From NCBI RefSeq assembly GCF_026210795.1, contig NC_089431.1, positions 1,302,001-1,366,000 on the forward strand: a stretch of 64,000 nt of DNA, in the 5' to 3' direction. The number at the start of each line of letters is the position of its first letter. The first letter of the stretch is position 1. Positions 1 to 9,757 of this stretch are shown here, in pieces. The stretch is from Rhizophagus irregularis (Eukaryota). The position numbers and the translations under genes were made by a program. Below the pieces are notes generated by a model. That model did not search any database. It was not told the origin of the DNA and was given only the letters and a program-made list of their open reading frames with translations.

Positions 1-2085
1 TATTGAGATTGATTTAATACAATAACAACAATTATTTTCAAACTTTCTTTATCTTCTTTTTACGGTTTGTGGTTTACGCCAAATCCTGAGAAGATAATCT
101 AACAGGCATTTTGTAATGGCTCCGAATCTCCGATTCACTTTTATGAAAATGATAAAGTAACCCGTTGCGTTGCGGGGATGGGACTTTGCCTATTAAGCCA
201 AGAGAGTAATCACGTGAATAGGTCTAGTTTTTTGCTATTATTATGATGGAATTAGTAAGTAATAAATGTAATAAATTTATATAATTTATATGCTTATACA
301 AATAATAGTAAATTGTGTGTGTGTGTTACACAGTATATGAAATATTATTATTAAATAATTCAACCTTTTTTTTCGTTGATCTTGTTTGTTTCAGTGAAAT
401 CATTATTGAAGTGATATTATGTGATATATTGATGGAAAATCAATGCAAATTTTATTTATCATATGAAATAAATGTTGCAGCACTGTGGAATTTATTATTT
501 ATTTATATATTTACAAATTCATTACAAAAACAATTTTGAATACGTAGTCTATTGTTACAAAAAAAAAAATAATCCTTTTTTTATTTTTATTTTTTATCTT
601 AAAAAATTCATTATAGCTACAGAAAAAAATATCTCACTAGTTACATGAAAAAAAAAGAAATCCCATAAATCACGTGTTCACAATTCAGAATTATTTTTAC
701 AGGCTAGATTATTGCTTAAAATTATTTGATTCAATGCCATTTTCAATTTAGTGCGACCCTAATTGTGTAACCAGATGTAAATTTAATTTGATTTCCCCAT
801 TTTTTTTCAATTGCTTCTAATAAAAGTTTCTTGTTAAGTTTTATTTCTCGTAAATTTCCCATGATTTTATAAACTTTTTATGACAAACTATACACTTACA
901 AGGTTATAAGTACGATATTTTCCAGGTAAGAGTTGGTTTTCTAGTTATGAAGTTTTACAGATTTCCTTCGACTTTCTTTTTATGCAAAAGTTGTCTTAAA
1001 AGTTATACTTTCGAACAAAAACATTACTTTTATTTAATTATACAAAGTTAAACAAGTGTTAATTAAGTATTTTTTAATAGGTTTAAGTTTTATTGAATAA
1101 ACTATACATTTCACATAATTTATGTTATAATTAGTATTATGTCGGTATAACTATGTATAGTCATGTCAGATTAAGATAATTTTAAAGTATTAGGACAAGC
1201 TTTGTTTGTTCTTTTAGAATATTAAAAATTATTTAAATTGAATCACAGAAAAAACATAATTATTAAATTTTAAAATTATACTTGTTTCTTTTTTTTTCGC
1301 TCGAAATTAATCACGTGATACAGCTAATTTTATTGGCTTCTCACTATATGATACGCGTCCTGATGAAAAATTATGGAGGTCGCACTAAATTGAAAACAGC
1401 GATAATTATATTCGCTCAATTCTGTAAATTTTTATATTTTGACCGTTATTTGTTAAAAAAAGCAAGGTTAATCTTTTGATCTTTTGGAATATTAATATGG
1501 GTAGATCGTTATACTAAAATGGAAACAGGACGCTTGACGTTCCCTCCGTACAAATAAATTATCATGAGTGACCAGAGTCCACAGCTAGTTACACTCAATT
1601 GGTAAATTAGCCTTGCAAAACTCGGGGCAACGCCCACAACTATTATCGATTTTTTAAAAAAAGTTATAGTAATGGTAATCTGGGAAAAAATTTGTCCATG
1701 TCCTGTTTTTAAGCAATGCAAACAAAGAAATGGGCGTAATCGCATCAGTTTGATTTTATCGATTCTTTCATTAGAGATGGCCCATTCATTCTTTAAAAGG
1801 AAATCCTATTTGTTGATTATCTGATTATTCAATGGATAACGAATAAAGGTTATATTATTTCATTTTCTTTTGCTGCTGACTAATTTATTTTAACGAATTT
1901 TCTAATTGACTAACTAATTTTATTTAAATTATGATAGAATTATAACCGGTTGTTAAATAAACTATTCTTGAAATTGAAATTTTTGTTACTTAAAGGAGCA
2001 CAAATTCCGTGTATATCTCTGATATTTATATAGGCTACAAACTAACAGATATACACTATCAAAAAAAAATAAAAAATAAAAAAAA

Positions 2086-3833
2086 ATGGATACTCAAATA
2101 GGTTGCGCTATCAAAGCCAGCAATGAACTAGTAAAAAATTTACATCGTGATGGATTTGATCGTGGATGTATTGCGACATTCAACGATTATATGACGGTTA
2201 GGCAGGTGAATGATATTTCCCTTTTAATCCCGTATTATGTACTGTTTTGTATGCTTTTTTTTAAATACGTTACGTTCTTTCTATTTATGTACAAGACCTT
2301 CACTAAAAATAAAGCATCACTTCATCGTTCTCTTAACGGGATAAATAATGCTAAAAATGGCACTCGTCTTTATGACAGTATTGTTGACGTCATACAAATC
2401 TTTCGGAATAGAGGTGAAGTTTCTCGTCCCTGGATTTTGGTTGTCGTGACTGATGGAGATGATAATATAAGCAGTCGAAGTTTACATAAATGCGCTCAAG
2501 AAACATCAAGTCTATTTACTACTAAGGAATCTAATAATTTCTTGTTCCTTGTCGGAGTTGGAGATGGTGTGAATTCAGAAAAAATGAATGAGGTATTGCC
2601 ATACTTTTTGTTTATGAATAATTTGTTATTTTAAATCACATAATTATACTTTTTAATTAGATGGCTAGTGCTGGCAACTTCATCTACATCCATGCCAAAG
2701 ATTTTTTCCTTCTTGAACTTATATTTTTGAAAATTGCCAACAAAATTACCACTTCCTTATCTCTTTCGCTTGGGAACCTCACCGTCGGTGACCATTCCGC
2801 GTCATGGGCCGAAGTTCAAAGACACAGAAATCTCAGCAAAGTAGCGATCGATTATGCTCTCTTGATTGACGTATCGGCATCCATGAATAGTCGTGTAATA
2901 AGTTCGAATAGTGTAACAAATCTGAATAGTGTAATAACTCATGCAACTCGTGCAATTGGACAATCCTTTGACTCTAGGATTATTAATACTACAAATGTAG
3001 CATTATTAGCAAGTTGGATTGATAAGAAACGAGGAAACCCTTATAATTTTAGTGATTTACCTTTTGAATTTAAGCTTATTCATCGTGCTAGTCGTGATGG
3101 TTTTGGGAATGACAAATTTCATAACAATTGTGATAATAAGGGGCCAACCATCGTTGTTATTAAAGTTAAATATTCAGGAGAGATAATTGGCGGATATAAT
3201 CCATTAGAATGGCGTTGTGTTAAAATAAATGAATGGAGTACTCTATTGCCTAATAATCATGATTTTTATATTGATCAACAACGTAGAACGTCAAAGAGTT
3301 TTATATTTTCACTAACAAATCAAACAATTAGTCGAGTAACTTTAAATAACGATGCGATCATTTGGAGTAGAAACAAAGGACCGTGTTTTGGCTTACAAGA
3401 TTTATGTATAACAAATAATTTTGGTAAAAGCGAACAACGTTCATACGAAAATAGAATTATTAACAAAAAAAATTTTGAAATAGAAGAATATGAAGTATTT
3501 CAAGTTATTGATAAAAGACCTAGATTTTCTATTTTCTACTTTATTTTTATGATTTTTATGGGGATTTTTAAAATTATTAAGTTTATATTTATGAGATTAT
3601 TTTTGGGAATTTATTGGACGTGTTATATTGTATATTGGATTATATATTGGATTACATATTGGACGGTTATAACACTAATTTGCGTTGCAGGCATAGGGTT
3701 GATTGTTTCTATTCTTGCACTTCCTATTATACTGTATCTGTATCTGGAAGCTGAGATAGCTTGGGTTATTCTTTCTGCCTTATTTATATATGCTCCAATT
3801 TTGGGGCTTATTGGGGAATACTTGGTAATTTGA
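2086..3833 (+). CDS. vWA-domain (apparently circularly permuted) + TLDc-domain protein with C-terminal transmembrane segments; exons 2086-2205, 2296-2592, 2661-3833
   Basis: GT-AG introns 2206-2295 and 2593-2660 join the ORFs in frame. vWA motifs GTRLYDSI, ILVVVTDG, LFLVGVG and ALLIDVSASM; TLDc motifs FKLIHRASRDGF, FHNNCDNKGPTIVVIK, IIGGYNP, GPCFG, IEEYEVF; hydrophobic C-terminus. Confidence 0.85.
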
Positions 3834-6800
3834 TGTTCCAATCACGTGATAATATTACACATGTGGTTCAGATTTTGTTTTTAAATAAATACGTATTTTA
3901 TGATATATGTATACATATATTTTTTTATTTCATTTATTCTGTATTAAATTCATTGATTAAAACTCGAAATTATTATCTTGAATTATTATCCGAATCTGAC
4001 TTAATAACAAACTACAATAAGCAAACCAGTACCTCTATTTTTTCCCGAACAAATGTAAAAAAAATGTGAAAGAATGTCTAGTTGCGATACAGTTGGGCAT
4101 GTGACATAACTACGCCACTGTATCATCGCATTACGATCTATAGGTCATGCATTTTTCGATTTTTTTACTCGAAAGTTCTGGTATATTTTTATTACGCAAG
4201 TTGAATTTTTAATAAAAAAGCTTCCCCCTGATTTACATAGATCGTGATGGTAAGCAGGGTGTTGTTAAAATGAAACAAGAATGGAAATTGAGCGATTAGA
4301 ATCTACGATTTACAGATTTTCGGATAAAACGGTAAATTTTTATCTTCAAATTACGTGTATAGGCTAATCACACATTAATCCGTTTTTGAATAGGAATTAG
4401 TGGTACATATCCCAACATATGTGATTCATCATCTACAGATCTCGATCAAATATTTCAATTTTTATTCTTTTTTGTGATTACAATTGAAATAGGGGGGAAA
4501 TAGCATTCATTCTACAAAACAAACTTCATATTTGAGGGTACCGGGGAACCCAAAGATACATGAGTTTTAACCCTCATGCAATTTTCTGTTTTTTTTATCT
4601 TAGAAATAAACGGTAAATTTTGTATTAAAATACGGCATACCAATTTGTCATAAAACCGTAATTCGTCGGATTTTCTTTTAAGCACTATTGCCTCAATTTC
4701 AAGGAAAGACATTTGTTATTATTAGACGGGATCCAGGCCGTTATAATTGCTTTAGGTGAAAAAAATGTAATTATGAAAAATAAAGTAACGTATTATTTAT
4801 TAAATCTGGTTAAATTCTCATTTTCACGTGCAGTATAAAACATATCGGCTGATCAGAAAAGCCTCCCATAATTTTATATGCTAATGACATTAAGTAACCC
4901 ATCAGTTATATAATGAACCCATCAACTGAGCTTAAATATTAATTGGCTTGATTTTTCCAATCAGCCGATATGAGAATCTTTTTTTCAGCGCATTTGCGTA
5001 ATATAACTATTGCTATTAAAAAAAATTCTGTCAAACCAACTATCGATCCACTAATAAGTTCACTTCTCAATAAATTTACTACGCATCATCGATTTATCTA
5101 AACATGCCCAGTTTAGTATCGTTCAGCGCTTCGGAAAGCGCGTGCCATTTTTGGCCTTACCCGTTGTTTTTTTTTTGATCGTTATTTCGGTGATATTTAT
5201 GGGGATCGTTATCATGCGGTCTTTCTGATAAGATCAACGTAGAATCTGCAAAAAAAATTTGCCTTCCATTAAGGTCTGGTTGTTTACTGTTACACCAACT
5301 TCGTTATGTAACGGCGTGAAGGCTGAAAATTTTTTTTGAAAAAAAAAAAACCTCTTTCAAACAAAAGAACTCTCCGCACGTGACACTAAAATTAAAAATG
5401 TTTATTATGCGGAGATCACCAAAATTAGAAATGAAACGGGTTGATTTTCAGTTCTTTAGTGGGTGATACTTTACGATTTTTTTCGTTTCTATGTAACATG
5501 TTCTGATGCTTGTACATCGAAAATAAAAATAAAAATAAATTAAGAATGAGACCACCTTAGTGTTCCTGGCGTTTTACATTGGGTTGGTTAATCAGTTTGT
5601 TTTTGTACTATTTTCGATTCTTGTGTTAAGTTTCTGTATAGTCTTTACTGATTCCTGTTCGCTTCGATAATAAAAATAAAAATTAAAAATTATTTATACT
5701 AAAATCGCGAATGAACTCTCTGCACGTGGCACTAAAGTCACCAATGAACTCATCGCACGTTTATCCGGTAAACTTACCGCAAAATCAACTCACGTGATGT
5801 CAACTACACCAAGAAAATATTGGGAAGACTTAATATATCTTCGAAGAAACTTATCATAATAATTTTAACAGAATCTCGCGTCAATCTATGCTTCTACCGA
5901 AGCTCTACAAAATGAAATAGATCAAAGTCATGTAATCGCTCAAAGAATTCAGCCGGTTGCATCTGATGAATCCAATCATCAGAGTTGTGTCTGAAGCTTC
6001 AAACCGGTCACGTGGAAGCTCTTCTTCCGGAAGATCCGGTAAGAAAAAAAAAACGGAATTAATGCTTTACATGCATATGTGATCATATTTTTTTTACTAA
6101 TATACATGTGATTGTAGGCTCAAGCCAAAAATTCGCAAATATCATTTCTGTAATCCAGGAACAATTTCCGGATATCTTTAATAGTGTTAAGGGTTCGAAG
6201 GGTTATTCTTTAGTCTTAAGATCATATGTGTGCTGTTGTATCGGTTGATGTTCTTAATCTTGGGATGGGAATAATTGGAAAAGATACGATAAAAAGTTTT
6301 TACCATGGGGCTAATATAAAAAGCGAAAACTTAGAAAAAATATGTGCTTGGATAGATCACTATCATATGTATCACTGAGTAACGGGGAAGGAACTGCCAT
6401 TCTCACTTTAATAAATTAATTTAATAAATTTTTTTTCCAAAAAAATCAAATATTTTCATAACTCTTAATTATAATAAAATTTTACTATTTTAAGCTCCCT
6501 GCCATGTTTAATGTTTACTTGTTATAATAAATAAAGTATTTCAATTATAAAAATATGTACATACGCAAAAGAAAAAAACAGTTAACGAGCTTCTTTTGTT
6601 AAAAAGTATAAAATTCTAATAATTTTTTAAAAATTTTGATAAAAATATGCCTAGAGTTGATTAATCACATGATCGATTATATTTGATCAATTAAACTTGT
6701 TCGATCAAGCCGAATTTTCACTCGATCAAATCATCGATAATGTGTTTTGGGTTAATTAAAATCACTACTCTAAATATTAAACAAATTTAGATCAGATCCA

Positions 6801-8439
6801 TCCATACTGTTCCTAGGTACAGTATATTCGCCGGTAAAATAGTGCGTCTTACTGCGCTTAAAAACCTTACAATTCTTTATAATTATGAGAACGAATGGAT
6901 GAAATCATTAATTATTTTAAAATACAAAACTTAATTAAGAGAAGAAAAGAATCTAAAATATCTAAAAGAAAAATGGCAGAGTTTGACATTATATTATTCA
7001 GAATCCCAAGTAATGTTTTTTACATTTCTCATATAATTCGCAACTTTAACAATTAGGATCACTTTGATAATTTTGACTTTAAAGAAGAGAATTTTGGAAC
7101 AGCAAGCATATTTTCTCGATTTGATTTTTTTTTTAAAATAATTTAACAATACGTGAAACATTATTTTATTCTGCAGCTATTTATTGTCATCGTTAACGGG
7201 CTAACACGTGATGATCGATCGGAGTCTAGTACTTCATATTATTAAATCGTTTATTATACAAAGTTATGTGCTCCGCAGAAGTATAAATTTTGTCATTAAC
7301 ACAATCATTATAAATTTCTAAATTTTACTATTACTAAGATTCAACAATGATATGCTAAAGCAATACGAACTACGAAATGTTGATATAACAAATGGCACTA
7401 CAAATAAGCTGCGACAATATCTTTTTCATATTCATTTGCGAAAATAATCCATATAATTATAAATTAAATATAAGTATGATATTTAATTATGATCAGTAAC
7501 AGCATGGTTTTTTCCATTCAAATTTTCTTGAGGTTAAATTAAAAATATGCAAAAGTTAATTTCTTCCCTAAAATCGATTCAATTTATTTATTTTATGTTT
7601 ATTATTTTTTTAAAATTAATGTATTAAATGTAAAATTTCTTTCTTTACAAAACATCTAAATAAATTGTTTTTCAAATTTTTCGGACTCTTTTTTTTTCAA
7701 AAAAAAAAAAAATTCGTAAACTTTTTTCGTGAAATAGCAATAACAATTGTATCCGCATTCTACGATAAATCTGGCGATATTAATTATTTTATTTTTTTTA
7801 TTTTTTTCTAAATTAATTGTTTAAATAAAAAATTATTTTTAATCATTATAAGTTAAAACTGGAAGACAGCTTGATACACATTAATTTTTCAATATAGAAT
7901 ACTATTATACTATTTATCTTCTAAAAAAAATTATGTAATACCAGTTGTCATACATATTTCAATTTGTAAAATGTGGTTTCACAATGTTTCGATTAGGTAA
8001 TGAAAATAAAAATGTGCGGCTGAGCAAATGTTGAATCTGATTGGTATGGATTGTAGCCCCAAATGTATGTCGTGCATATTTTTGTATACAACTAAAATAA
8101 CTTTTTACGTTCACTAAATTTGTTTTAATAATTGTCATTTATTGTAAAGTAAATAACAGTACTACACGCATAACTAAAATAACTGATTGATAAGTAGTAT
8201 AGAATCATAAAAAAAAGATATTCAAAAAAAAGCCAAAAAATACTAGTATGGAAACTTTGAATAAAACATCCAAAGAAAAGCAAAGAGATTTGTGGAAAAA
8301 GGTTAATTTAAATAAATATCAGGTAAATGTAATTTCATTTTATAATATATTATAAATAATATAATTTAAATAAATGACTTATATATTTTAATCATTTATA
8401 TAGATTCATGTTACAATTTCTTCTCTTAATTCAACTATA

Positions 8440-9757
8440 CAGATGGTGATCAAAAGTATACGGACATTTTAATTTGCCAAAATTATGCCGATCATCACGT
8501 GATGACGTAATATAAACAATACGTCATTTAACGCCTTATATCATAATAAAAACCTCCCCAATGTTTTTTTTTTAGTAAACATTCACCAAATATGAAGCCA
8601 CTCACCCCAAAAACCCGATATGCGATTATTTATGGTTATAATTGTGGACAATCGGGCCGTTTAATTGCAGAACACTTGGGGTGTAGTAAAACTGCTGTTT
8701 ATGATGTACTTAAACATTTTCGTGAAACTGGCTCTTTCACACCAAAAAAAAATCAGGTCGCCCTCCACTCTTTGACTCACCAGCACGACAAGAACTCAAA
8801 GCTTTTGTTAAAGAAAATGGTGAAAATCGTCGACTTTGTTCAAAAAAGCTTGCAACTGTTTGGACAGCTCGTAAAAAGCAACCTATTTCTGTGTGTACCA
8901 TACGCCGAAACCTCAAAAAGGTTGGACTTAGTGCCTGTATTCCCCGTCATAAACCTGCAATGACAGAAGCACATCGTCAGGCTCGTCTTGAATGGGCTCT
9001 TGCGCACAGAGATTGGACAACAAGAAAATGGAGAAGAGTGCTTTTTTCAGATGAAAGCACTTTTACACAATTTCAGAAAGGTCGTCAGGGAAGGGTTTGG
9101 CGTGAACCAGGAGAAGAATTGAATCCTGATTGTATTGCAGTTACCGTTAAACACAGTCCTAGCAGAATGTTTTGGGGTTGTTTCTCCTGGCGTGGGCTTG
9201 GACCAATTGTTCCGTTAAAAGGCTCAGTTACAGGTCAAACTCATGCTAAAATTATTCAAAACTATGTTGTACCTACTTTGGATGAGCATTTTCCACAGGG
9301 TAATGGAATTTTTCAAGAAGACAATGCTCCACCACATCGTTCAAAAGTCGCTATGGCCACCCGTGAAGATGCCAAAATTGTGGTGCTTCAATGGCCAGCA
9401 CAAAGCCCCGATTTGAACCCCATAGAGAACATGTGGGCAGAAATGAAAGCAATGGTGCATCGACGTGACCCACCACCATCTAATATCAAAGTACTTGAGA
9501 AATATGTTAAAGATGCGTGGGATGATATTCCTCCAGAATATTATAAAAAATTAATTGATAGCATGCCACAGAGAATTGAGGCAGTTATTGCTGCAAATGG
9601 ATATAGTATTAATTATTAATATATAATTTTTTTTTACATAAAATTAATAAAGGACAATCAGATTAATATATTTACTTAATAAATTTTATTTTTATTATAT
9701 TATTTTATATGAAATTTTTATTTTAAAAAATGTCCGCATACTTTTGATCACCATCTG
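8440..9757 (+). mobile_element. Tc1/mariner (IS630-Tc1-mariner, DD34E) DNA transposon, 1318 bp
   Basis: 31-bp TIRs CAGATGGTGATCAAAAGTAT(A/G)CGGACATTTT with 1 mismatch; TA target duplication at 8438-8439 and 9758-9759; internal transposase. Confidence 0.97.
8592..9619 (+). CDS. Tc1-family transposase (about 342 aa) split by a -1 frameshift at the A9 run 8744-8752
   Basis: ORF1 has an HTH (SGRLIAEHLGCSKTAVYDVL). Shifting at A9 gives SGRPP, a second HTH and the catalytic FSDES...QEDNA-x34-E (WPAQSPDLNPIEN). Confidence 0.9.

Noticed and set aside
106..246. Possible terminal exon after CTAACAG, or a TPP-riboswitch-like CTGAGA sequence
   Set aside because: The peptide is unrecognisable at the window edge, and the rest of the TPP consensus (GAACCTGATC...TAATACCAGCG) is absent.
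315..1745. Short 60-80 aa ORFs in the track, here and in other intergenic or antisense positions
   Set aside because: AT-biased F/I/L/K-rich translations, often with non-ATG starts, overlapping introns or antisense to real genes.
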